Shown here piece by piece: positions 13,399 through 24,844 of a stretch of 64,000 nucleotides of DNA. The stretch is from Podarcis tiliguerta (Eukaryota): assembly GCA_965153285.1 (NCBI GenBank), contig OZ229123.1. The stretch is one strand, 5' to 3'. Every line of letters begins with the position of its first letter. Position 1 is the stretch's first letter. The notes below the pieces were generated by a model. The model saw only the letters and a program-made list of their open reading frames with translations, was not told the DNA's origin and did not search any database. Both the position numbers and the translations under genes were made by a program.

Positions 13399-13816
13399 TT
13401 TCTGCAGCTGAAAAAACTCTGCATTTATTCAGGTTAATTGAGGAAAAGTATGTTCATACAGCAGAAAGGATTGTCACTTCTTTAATCAGGTGCTGCTTCA
13501 TCAGTCTTGTCCTTTTGTAGTTTCAAGTCACCTCATTTAATGGCTAAGATATATGCAAAATACTAGCCTATTTAAGGGCTAAGATATATGCAAAATATTT
13601 CCCCCCTAGAGATACCTGCACCCGGTATTTCCACAGCACAATTTGCACCCCTACAACTAGTCTGAACATACAAAATCATTAATGTCACACAGTAGGTGTG
13701 CTTAGGACCAATGCCCTAAGCGACTAGCCTGTGGCCCCTCATAGGTTGCCTTCCTGCCCTGCTTGTGTGAACAACTGGATGGTCATTGCTGGAAATAACA
13801 TGCCAGATTAAGTAAA

Positions 13817-14118
13817 CCAGCCTTCCCTAACCTGGGACCCTCCAGATGTTTCTGGAGTGACCAATGATCACAATAGGATGATAGTTGTGGTCCAACAACA
13901 TATGGACAGCAACAGGTTTCCCACCCCTGGTCGAAAGCTCTGGTTTCCATCATGGTGTTCTGTTGCACTTGAAGCTTAATCATGCTGGCCACATGACCTG
14001 GAAAGCTGTCTGCGGGCATACGGCAGCTTCCCTGGCCTGAAGCAAGATGAGCGCCACACCCCATAGTCACCTTTGACTGGACTTAATCCATCCAGGTGTC
14101 CTTTACCTTTACCTTACC
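13817..14118 (+). mobile_element. Old hAT-type MITE remnant (~13817-13929) followed by the 3' half of a Sauria SINE
   Basis: cagccttccctaacc...cccacccctg, then catgctggccacatgacc...cctttacctttacc. Confidence 0.65.
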
Positions 14119-14299
14119 TTCAACTGGGCACTGTCTGTCAGCTGATATTGAAGACTGCAGACAAGGGATGGGAGAGGAATCCACCTTTGGGTTCTAAAAG
14201 CAGATCATAACTCAAATTGAATAATAGATCCACTAACAGTATCCATAGTCTTATGCATTCCTTTACAAGGTGATTCAAGGACTGCAGAGCTCCCTCTGT

Positions 14300-14333
<34 letters not shown>

Positions 14334-16196
14334 CATTCTTGTAACTTTTAAAAATAGGTAATCTAGCCCCTTTCCGCCTGGAGCAGTTATTGCCACTGTG
14401 GGCTTTCAATGATGCTCCATTGCTCTCAGGGGGAATTGAATAGAAAATATTCTTTTCCTTTTCTTTTCCTTGAAAAACAAAGCAAAACAGGCAGCTTGAT
14501 AAGAACAGCACAAGCTCTAGCCACCTGGTTTGGCCCCTATGCTGGAAATGCCTCTGTGGGGGGCTAGAGTTAGTCATGGGAGAAGAGAGCAAGATGGCCA
14601 GGGGTCAACAAGCCAACAAGTCAGGAGAATTCAAGGGGCTTCCGGGGTGCAAAGTTTGATGGAACCTTCCGTTGGTTTTTTTAAGAGCGAGTGAGAAGGA
14701 AGATCATGATCAATATTCTGGCAGGGAGGCATGGAATTGGATGACTGATTTTTAAAATCCTTATGCCCTGGCCTAAAGAACGGCTGTGATTTTATGCATG
14801 TGCTTAGAGTGAGCTAGCCAACTGCTGCATCCGTGTGCCATTGTGCTATGAAATGTTATGCCAGCATCGTGGGCAGGTACATTGTCACAGATGTTCCAGG
14901 GACGGGTGTAATCTGATGAGCATACTGACACATGGTTAGACAAAGAAAACATTTTTTTCCAGCTGAGTGTAGAGATCAAAAAGCAGCTGTTGCTTCCCCC
15001 GTTATTCCCCCATAGTTAAGCTATTATTGAAGTCAATGCAATTTCTTATGCAATTTCATCCCAAAGTGTCTCCTCGCCCTCAGAATGCCTCTTTGAAACT
15101 TCGCTTCCCAGCATCTGCTTTCCTTTGTCACTTTTCATTTTCCTTGGGCCTAATAAGAGCCAAGTGAGAAGGTGTTCCTTGTTCTTTCCCATTCATTTCA
15201 AAATGGAGGCATGCTAGAAATCGAGGAGAGAATAGTAGCTCAATTGCTTGCTAGATTACCGTATACAGATATGTGCAAACCTGTCCAAGTCCAGAAGTGG
15301 TTGTATCTCTGCAGATAAAACCATTAAAGTTTGCGTTCTCTTTTCATTGTTTGGTCCTCTTCATCCATTAAGACAGCCTTTGCCCTTTGGATTGCAGCTC
15401 CCTTTGGTGAAAGTCAGCCTGGCTTTAGGATGCTGGGTCTGGAGGCATCACAGCTGTGGAGTCTGGGGCTGATGGAAATTGTAGTCTGAAACATCTGGAT
15501 CACAAACTCAGACTGACGTCACAAACTCTGCATTTTGCCATCCAACACAAAGCAAAGTAAACTCCCAGTCCCACATCTCAAAAAATATAGAGCCAAAAAT
15601 ACTCATTAGGAAGCATTCAGCTCAGCCTTATCAGAAATTGTTTGGGATAGCTTCCCTAAAACAGTTTTTTAAATGGGTAAATAGCTATTGTGGAAATTTT
15701 GGCCCACAGTCCACTTTGGGCACAAGGAACTTGTTGTATAGGTTTTTTTGGAGGGCGGGATGTTTGTGAAACACCACAATGTTCCATAAATGTCAAGTGT
15801 TGTCATGGAAATGCTGAATACAGTATCATTAATGAAAATGCCCCAGATGTACAGCTAACAGTGCATCAGGTATGGGACAAAGGATTTTGTCCTTTTCAGC
15901 AGAAGTGGACTCTTAAGCATTGCTGCCAGACATATATGCAAGGCACCTTTCTGATGACCTTGGTATGCGGTCCCACAAAGCCAGCCCATTCCTTCCTCCT
16001 GAGAGAATACTACCTTTGATGAAGATGTGTTTCTGGCTTTAGTGTCATAAAAATATGTAGCCCTCCTCAGCAGCAGTTCCACTGATCAGATATTTTAAAT
16101 TCGTTTCCGAAATGCAGGCTGTCACACTGCAGATGCCATCATTAACAGGACAAAATGTTATTTCTCTTGGTGGCTGGGCAAACGTTATAAACTAAC

Positions 16197-16214
16197 TGGC
16201 GCCCCCTGGTGGTT
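16197..16214 (-). promoter_or_regulatory. Candidate CTCF site
   Basis: Reverse complement AACCACCAGGGGGCGCCA contains the CCACCAGGGGGCGC core consensus, in non-repeat sequence. Confidence 0.65.
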
Positions 16215-16805
16215 ATCTGGGGTAGGATATGCTGCCTTATGCTCTTTGAAGGGTTAATTGATAACGTTGGCCAACTGCAGAACTGGCTCCTTTTAACTAA
16301 TGTTGAATAAGATCACACACCCCTGCCAGCCACATATTTGATATTAAAGCTATTTAAAAAATATGAAAAGCTACCTGAGTGTTCTTTAGATAAAATGATC
16401 TGTGGCTATATATTTTTTTTGAGTTAAAAGCTCTGACGATGTGTCAGATGGTACATTTTGTTGCTAAAAGAAGCTCCTTGCTGTGCATTGAGGGGAAGGT
16501 CAGGTCAGTGACAGAGTCTGAACTCCCAAATTGCTCTTTGAGTACAAAGAGTTGTCAGAAGGCTAGTTCACAGTGGAGAAGAGAAATCGCGCTTGCTTTT
16601 GAGCTCAGCAGCCTTGCTGGAACTGGAAGGCTATATAATAATAATAATGTACTAACTTGATTTCCACAACACTGCAATGTTTGAAATTGATTCTGGAATG
16701 TTCCTGAAACTAGAGACTGGCTCCAATGTGGACAGCCCCCTCCCCCCAAGCATGGGAGAGAAAATTGTGTGGAAGAGAAATGCTGCAAGCTGGATTTTGA
16801 TTCAT

Positions 16806-16880
16806 TTGTTGTTGCTGTTTAGTCGTGTCTGACTCCTCGTGGCCCCATGGACCAAAGCATGCCAGGCACTCCTGTCTTCT
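16806..16880 (-). mobile_element. BovB extreme 3' fragment
   Basis: Matches the 3' end of the BovB copy at 29557, including its (CAA)n tail. Confidence 0.8.
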
Positions 16881-18433
16881 TGATTCATTTGCACATATGC
16901 AGTTCCACTTATCCACTGTCTAGCATGGAGGCTGCAAAAAAGCAAAGAGAGGTAGACGCTTGAGAGTAGCAAATCCTTTCCCCCAAACCTTTTTCATTCC
17001 TAGAGCTGCCAGCATCTGCCAAGGTTCCTGTATTTTGAAAGTTGATGGGACACCTTCAGACAATCACTTAGCCAGCCAAGCCTTTCCTGGCACGCAGATG
17101 CTCCAGTGAGGAATGACCTCCTTGATTTTGTATCTCATTTAGCTATAAAGGTGCAGGATCCCAGCCAGGAGGGAAAAGGAGGATGAACACAACCACTTTT
17201 CACCAGAAAATTAGGCTGGTTGAGAATGGCTGGTGGTCACCACCAACCTCTCGCTTGTCTTTTAAGGGTACCCCCTGTGTACGTCCACCTGAAGAAGCAG
17301 GTTGGCTATGGAGGAAAGGTGCCAATATGCACAACCTCTTGAGGAATTGTATTCAGTGCAGGAGTAATATGGCTGACGGTTTTGCCATCTTACTGCTTCA
17401 GAGCACCCTGGAGCAGAGAAGGGAGTATTTAGGGGAAAGGGAAGTGTCCCCTTCTGACTTTCAGACCACATGCAACTATTTCTCAGAAGAACCCATGTCT
17501 CTGCTTACAATGAGCTAGCACAGATGTTATACAAGCTGTAACAGATGCTTTCTCCTGATGTAAATTAGAATCTCTGTGTAGGCCTATTTATCGATTCCCC
17601 CCCCCTCCAGATTTCTGAAATGGCATGCATAAACCACTGGGGAAATCCTCTCTTCCTGGGAGATTCTCAAACTGCATCTTAGGAAGCTTCCCTAAATGTG
17701 AATAAAAGCACACAATGGAAACTTGTCAATGGGAGCTGCCAACTTTTGACTAGCCCTCTTTACCTGTGCATCATATCACAATTTGACATGCTGATTATTC
17801 TTTTCTAGGCACAAAGAAGGGAAGGTGATGGGAAAAGCTTGACCTGGTTATATTTTGCAAATTACTGTTCTGTTCTTTATGGTGGTTCCAGCACAAAACT
17901 GGGGTTCTATCAGAAGTTCAGTGGTGGATCCTGAATAACTCCCAAGTGAAGCAGGAGCAAATGTTGATTTAGCAAAAGTTAAGGCTTTGAAAGGGCCATG
18001 GCTCAGCTTGACTGCTAGCTCCTTAGATGTTGGGAGAAGCCAATTCTGTTTAAAAGGGCTTTGTCTGTTTTAAGTGCTGGCTTCTACAGTGGGACTTGTT
18101 GTCACTACTGTGATTTCTGAGTTTCATAGCAATGCACACTCCTCAGGCTGGGGAGATGGCAAGATTGAAGCATTGGGGCTTCTGAGCGAAGGAACTCACC
18201 TGGGACTGGTGCTGAGAGTAATTCCTGCCTGCCCTCCACCTCAGACCACTCCGCACCCTTTGGCTGATCCCAGAGCCATGACATCAGGCCAGAAGGAGGG
18301 CCAGTTGGCCATTGCATTCTTGCCATAAGGCAGGGGTGGGGAACTTGTGGCCAAATTTTAATTCCCATTAGTCCAATATGTAAAGCTTCCATTTGCATGT
18401 AAAACCGCCCTGAGACCTGTGGTTATAGGGTGG

Positions 18434-18912
18434 TGTCAGGATGCTGTCAGCAGCTCCTGACTGATTGCCCAGGAAAGTATAAAGACAAGGAAATGTTTCT
18501 TACTGTGCTTTTTTATGTCAGTCCTTACAGAGAGAGGCTATAGAACCCAGGCTTTTGGATAATGGCGTTGTCCTGAGTCATCACCTGTCTCTCCCACTTC
18601 CTCATTCGTCATTCTCATCATCTCCTCTACGGGTTCTGCTAAGTGCCCTCTCTGCCTTTGAGCTCTTTGCTCTCCTACTTTTAAAACTTGCTGGGTTCTG
18701 GGAGATGGAGGGTCTGGAATGTTTTCTAATAACAACAAGTCAGCTGGGTGTTGTTCCAGCTGTCCCATAATTTCCCAGCTTTCCCCTCATCTGACTCTGA
18801 GCTGTGACCTCCCTCAAACCCCTGTTGTAAATCTATACTGTCTTCTTCTTCCTGCTCCCTGGAAGGGTTAGGATTGGGAGGCAGTCTCCACAATTCCTCT
18901 TCTTCCCTGACA
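18434..18912 (-). mobile_element. Solo LTR (Gypsy/ERV-like), 479 bp
   Basis: TGTCAGG...CCTGACA termini with perfect 5-bp TSD GGTGG (18429-33 / 18913-17); inserted in an L2-type tail; strand inferred from minus-strand TATA- and polyA-like motifs. Confidence 0.8.
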
Positions 18913-18989
18913 GGTGGTATATAAATTCCATGCATTCATTCATAAATGAATGAATGTAAATGGCATCGGCTTCATTTCCCATTATTCTC

Positions 18990-19100
18990 AAAAAGGCTAG
19001 AAATAACCCTCATCTGAACCCTGGAGAGCTTGCTGTCAGTCACTGTGGACACTAATGAGCTGGATGTAACAATGGTCTGACTCAGTATAAAGCAGCTTCC
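18990..19100 (+). mobile_element. Old LF-SINE/AnolisSINE2-like 3' fragment (related remnants near 51830-51955, 61570-61700 and 62585-62730)
   Basis: ccctggagagc...gtcagt...gagctggat...aatggtctgactcagtataaagcagcttcc. Confidence 0.55.
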
Positions 19101-19216
19101 AACGTCAGGGATGATGGGAGTTGTAGTACAGCATCATCTGGAGGGTCATTCATTTCCCACCACTGCCTTAAGAGAAATGGAACACAAATTGTCTCTGTCT
19201 GCTTTGGAACCCTACT

Positions 19217-19367
19217 GAGGAATAGCTCAGTCAGTAGAGCATGAGACTCCTGATCTCAGGGTTGTGCGTATGAGCCTCACATTGGACAAAAGAATCCTGC
19301 ATTGCAGGGGGTTGAACTAGATGACCCTCATGGCCCTTTTCAACTCTACAATTCTATGATTCTATGA
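19217..19367 (+). mobile_element. SINE with tRNA-Lys(CUU)-derived head and CR1 tail (Squam2-like)
   Basis: tagctcagtcagtagagcatgagactcctgatctcagggttgtg... plus caactctacaattctatgattctatga. Confidence 0.8.
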
Positions 19368-20633
19368 CTTTGTGGACAAGGCCACAAGCTTGGTGTTTCA
19401 GGATCTAGTGAATTTTTCAGAACAACAAACTGGGCTTGGGTTTAGGTCTTCTGGTTTGTAGCAGCTGTTAGGTATCTTGCCCATGATTCTTTGCAAATAG
19501 CTCCGCTCTTCTGTTTCTTTCTTCTTCTGCTTCTAACTCATGAAAGATTTGACGTTGGACTCCCACAAGCGGATTGGGGATCACAATTAGAGAGAAGGGG
19601 CTATTGTGGGTACAAATGTGAGCAGTTGGTTGTGCAAAACTGCAAATGACCCTTTCCAGCTGCAAGGAAACTGCTAATATGCTGCCTAATTATAAGACCC
19701 TTTCAGAAATGTGAAGTGTTACATATTGGTTACATGTTTGCTAATAATTATTTCTTCAATTGATGTTCTAGGGGCCAATCACGAAGCATTTTGATGAGTT
19801 TAATATAATTGAACAAAGCAACATATTATACGCTATTTAGAAGCCTCAGCACATTAGTCCTCCATTAGATAAAAAGCCAGTATTATTCTACTGTTATGGC
19901 AAGATTCAAAAGAAATATATTAGGTCTTGATCAGCATCATCTTAACCCCACATGTTCAGAAGCCATTATCAGATTGCTAATTTTGCTAATAGGCTTCTTC
20001 CAGGACGTAGCATGAATGAAAATGAAATAAGTGCGAACGCTATTCACCATTGTTCACTTTGCAATTAGTAAGAAGTTAGCAAATGAAGTCCAGCCTATAT
20101 CTGCCTCATTGCAAGCACAATGAAGTCACCCCAGCTCCCTCGCTTATCTATTTGCAGCACAAAGGGACTCTCTTCCAGAGTGATCTGTTAGAGGTCACCA
20201 CAATGTCCTCATTTGTTCTTTGGCTTCTTTTGAAGCAGATGAAGAGCAGGGCTGGTGGCATGGCAGGTGGAGGTGGGCATTATTGCCAAATTAGTACCTT
20301 GTCTATTGGCCTTTCAGCATATGGCTTTGTTCTAATCTCTCCCCTTGCCTGAAACTCAATGAGGCAATCCTTCCATACGTATTTAAGTCCCATACATTAG
20401 AAACGAGGAGTTAGTAAAAGCTTCAGCCTTCAAAAGCAAAAAATAAATGATTCAAAATAACAATAAGCACCTTTCCCCACAGAATATAAGGGCAAGTAAC
20501 ACGAAGGCCTTGGGACAAAAATGTCCCCCCAACAAATAAAGGTAAAAATATAGATGCAACTGAAAGAAACAAGCAGCTCATAAAATGTTTTGTTTCACAC
20601 TTAAAACCCCCAAAACTTTACACCCCCAGTCTA

Positions 20634-21257
20634 CCCCCTTGTGCAAATTAATTGAAACAAACAATGAATTTAGTAATTTATTGTACAAAAATGCGAACTG
20701 TAGAGGAACTGATTTGGATTCCTTTCTCCTTCAAATCCATATTCAATGAGTCGCTCGTCTTGCGGTGATCCTTTTTGCTTTGTCAAAGCAAGTAAGCATC
20801 ACCTCTAGGAGTTGTTTTCTTTTTACGACTACACTTTCCTTTACATTTAGGAGAAACCGATCCGGTTTCCTGCTTCAACTTGCTGACACGGCTGACAGTT
20901 GCTAAACTCACACCAACCGCTGAAGCAATCTCTTGATACTTCTTAGCTGTGTGTTCGTGCAGAGTTACGATCTTTGTATGTTTCCTAGGTGTCGCATCCA
21001 TCTTGAATGGCGGTCGAATCACATATGGTCAGGTTTCTAAAAGCTGAAATACTGTATCTGCTGACGTAATGATTGCATCATATACTATGGCGGCCAGACA
21101 GGATTCTAAAATCTGATGCAATACAGCAGCTGCTGATGTAATGATTGCATCAGCCAACATAAAAAATGATCAAACTGACTCTCTGTGTTTGTTTTGAGTA
21201 CAGGATTATGATTAAGATAGAAAACATGCTTTGTTTCAATTAATTTCCACAAGGGTG
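20634..21257 (-). mobile_element. Internally deleted Tc1/mariner transposon retaining the transposase N-terminal HTH region
   Basis: 28-bp TIRs (2 mismatches) c[c/a]cccttgtg[c/g]aaattaattgaaacaaa with TA TSD; ORF YQEIASAVGVSLATVSRV..K.ETGSV....RKKKTTPR.D. Confidence 0.9.
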
Positions 21258-24200
21258 TATGCATATTTAAGTGGAAGCAAAGTTATTTATTTATTAATTT
21301 CCAGATTTCTGTGCCACTGCATCATCAAGTAAGTTTGCTGCCAAGTGAATGTACATAGAATTACAGCCATATTTTTAACAAAATAGTATTGTTGTCATTT
21401 CCCTTCTGTCCTTGATACTGCTTTCTAACGTTCGCAGGATTGATTTCTGTTAGAGGCAGTTGATCTCAGCCAATCAGGGATCACATAAAGAACACAGTGA
21501 TATTATGTTCCAAATCAGATTTGGCTGATGAACTCATTGGGGGCAAATCAACCAATTGAGCTTGAGTGCTTCCTAGATTGGTTACAGGGGCCACTGACTG
21601 CTCTCTCCCTCTATTTTTGACATGATCTCTGAAAGACTGCCCAAAGGGCAATATTGTTGACCTTGTGGTAAAGGTTTTGAGAATTGCAAACACCCCACAT
21701 ATCAGGAACTGGCCCAAGCAGTTTGTGCTCTTCTTCCTCTCATTACTGTTGGTCATTTTCCTAGACTGAAGTAGCCAGTGTGCGGCCTACTTGACTACAA
21801 CTCCCACCATCTGATTATTAGCCATGATTCCTGACACTGATGGGATTTGGAGACCAACAACATCTGGAGTGCCTTAGACAAACATGACAAACATGATCAC
21901 AGGGCATACCCCATTCTTCATGAGGGTCAGGTTTTGTAGCTATGCCTTTGAACAGATCCTTTCTTGAACAGTGACATGCTAGTATTCTTTGAGTAAACTC
22001 CGAAGAATCCTATAAACCCAAGCTCTGGGTGAGGGGTTCACACATGCCCAGAGTCTGGGGCAGGGGTTGGACTTGAGTTTGTTGAACATTAAGCCCTCTC
22101 ACATGAAAATCTAATGTTTAAGCAGTGGGGAGTTTGAAAAGCAGTTTGATAAATAATTTGTGTGTGTGTGTGTGTGTGTCTGTTACTTAGGGATTGATGT
22201 ACCTAGGTATGTACCTAGGGGTTGATGAACGTACTCTATGGAAAACTTAATTGTTTTGCTATTTACTGAAATCCACTGTATAATCTTGACTTAACACTGG
22301 TCATTTTCCGAAGATCCCTGCACATGTGCATTAAAGAAGTGCAACTTCAGACCTTGTTATGTCTTCTGCCACCATGGTGCATGTTGCAATGTCATGATTG
22401 GTTGGTTTCACATGCACCTGTGAGTACATCCTGCAACCGTTCTGGGATGGAGTCGAAAGGGACAACTGCATTGAGCTAGGTGTGGCAAAGTGACAGGTCA
22501 CAGCAATCAATATCTGGCCTCACACAAAGGTTGCAGCGATCTAGGCTTAATGAGCATGGGCAGACATGACAAACTAACTTGTCATCAGTATCAGGATTTT
22601 ACTGTGATCCCAGTTTTGAGGATAAGGCACAAAAGGTCAGGCTCAAACAGCTATTTGGGTAGAACCAGTGGTGGTGCTGAAAGTCACAATTGGTCCGATC
22701 GGTAGTCATATTTGATAGGTTAAAAAACAAAGACTTCAATGCCATTTATGAATGTGCACAATCAAATTTTTTTGGGTTGGGGGCAGTTCTTCTCTATTGC
22801 TAGTCACATTTTAAACCTTTGTACTACTGAACATCTGAAGAAAAGAACGGAAGTAAATATGCCACAAATATTTTTCATCCTCTGCAGTTTCATGATAGAT
22901 TTTTCTGCAAGTGACTGAAGGATTTGGAAACTTCCAGTTGCCATTTCCTAATTGCATCATCTTGTAAATGCAGATTTTATAACTGCTAAGCTGCCTTAAT
23001 GTATAGTGTTTGATGAGCCAGTTTGGATTTTCATTGGTTTAGATGTAGTTTAATTTCCTTTCCCCCTTTTATTGCAATCCTTATTTTTAGCAATCTTTTA
23101 TTATACTCTTTTTCATGTAGTGAAAACAATGCAGTGTTTCCCCCAAATGAATAGCTTGAAGCAAAGCAATAACATATTGGTATTTTAATTCACTTATTAA
23201 ATACATGCATGCCTAAGACAGCAGCTTTCCCCCTCCCCTTGCCATTCCCCCCCCCCAGCATGCCGAGTTGCATAAGCTAAATTATTTACAGTTTGTAGAC
23301 TCACAAAAGAGAAGCAGATTTGGGTTATTTACTTTTCTGATAAGAAAAGAGGATTGAAGTTGCTGTGATATGCTGCTTTGTTAATTTCGTATTTGCTCCC
23401 TAGTGTATAAAAATCTTTTAAAAGAATTCACTCAAGTACTTGCAGGCTCTTTTGAAACTGCATGGAAGTAGTAAGATTAAACAAAACATGAAAAGATCTT
23501 AAAAATATAAGTCAGCAAATGTTTGATAAAAATAAAAGTGCTTGGTAGCAGGAAAAACCTCTTTGGAGCTCTGTTTATTTCTTCTCCAAGAAAGGGGCCT
23601 CCTCCATGTTGCTTGGGAGCAGCCCTGAGGCTCTCTTGGCTTCCAGTGATATGAAGCTTCAAGTACTAAAATAAAAGGGGTTTGCAAAGTATAAGGAAAG
23701 CAGTTTGTTTGTTTTTTAATGACCAAAGAGGCATTTGCTAATGAAAGGATGGAGATCTACTGCAGAGCAAAAGTGAAAATATTTTTATTTTTATTGCTGT
23801 TTATGAAGAATTTCATCAATGAAAGCAGACGTACTTATGTGTGCTTGTAATTGGTCTTTCTTTGTTGCGGAAACACAAAATGCCAATCACCCCCATAACC
23901 ACTTTTTCCAGAGAATAAACATCACTGAGGGTGTCCAAGTTGCAACTATTCTAGAATAAGTACCAAACGATCCATGGGCATGAGAAGCTCTTTTTCATTT
24001 ATTTAAGCAGACTGACATTGAAGTTTATTATCATGTGTCCAAATACAATGCAGGACAGGCTGTTGTGAACATAGGAATATGATATATAGTTGCAGCAAGT
24101 GGAGAAGAGCCGTCTGCGAGACCAAAAGCATCTTGGGTTGGGATGCAGTGATCCCAAGTATGAGAACAGAGGGGTTCCCCCATCATGCCCTGGTCCAGTC

Positions 24201-24547
24201 GCATAATACAGTAAAAATGGCAGTGCCTCTTCATTATTTTTATACACTAGGAAAATATGTGCTTGAGTCAAGATGAATCTATCTTTGCTTAGGGCATTAA
24301 CTGTTAAGAGGCACAGAGGAGGCAATGAAACTGGATTATAATAACTCATACTGCATGTGTAATGTAATTAAAGTTACTGTACTAATAACATTTTTAAAAG
24401 GCTGTCCCCGTACATCTTCCAAAAATGGACAGATTTTTCAGGGGCAACAACTTGGCTGACCTGGGTAAATACTGACTCTAGTCATGTATGTTTTCCTGAA
24501 CCAGACATACCAAATGTTTATGGCTTTTTTGGTTTCCTCCTTTGTAG

Positions 24548-24659
24548 GTCCCGACATCTTGTCCTCCACTGCGGCTCCTGTCATCGTAATTCCTCCACGC
24601 AATACCAGTGTGGTCGCTGGGAGTAATGAAGCCATCCTGGAATGTGTGGCCAATGGCAG
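24548..24659 (+). CDS. SDK1: SDK1 exon (~exon 6), Ig3 N-half: [38 protein letters not shown]
   Basis: Acceptor tttcctcctttgtag|, donor CAG|gtaatg; 112 nt, phase 1-2; read by hand because it is absent from the ORF track. Confidence 0.93.
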
Positions 24660-24844
24660 GTAATGTAACAGCCAGGACAGAATGAGAACTTATTTTAAGG
24701 AACATGTCAACCCTGAAATAGGAGAGAAGACATCTGTTTAATTCAAAGTTCTAATACGCAGAATTGGTCCCCCCCCCAAGAAGTGTGGAATCTAAACCTA
24801 GTGAGTTGAATTGTATTCCTAGTTGCCGCTTCGCTGTGAATTCA

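Noticed and set aside
23406-23476. TATAAAA, ATGG and GTAAGA as an alternative first exon
   Set aside because: The donor is phase 0 after ATG GAA GTA, incompatible with phase-1 exon 6; there is no signal peptide and the context is AT-rich.
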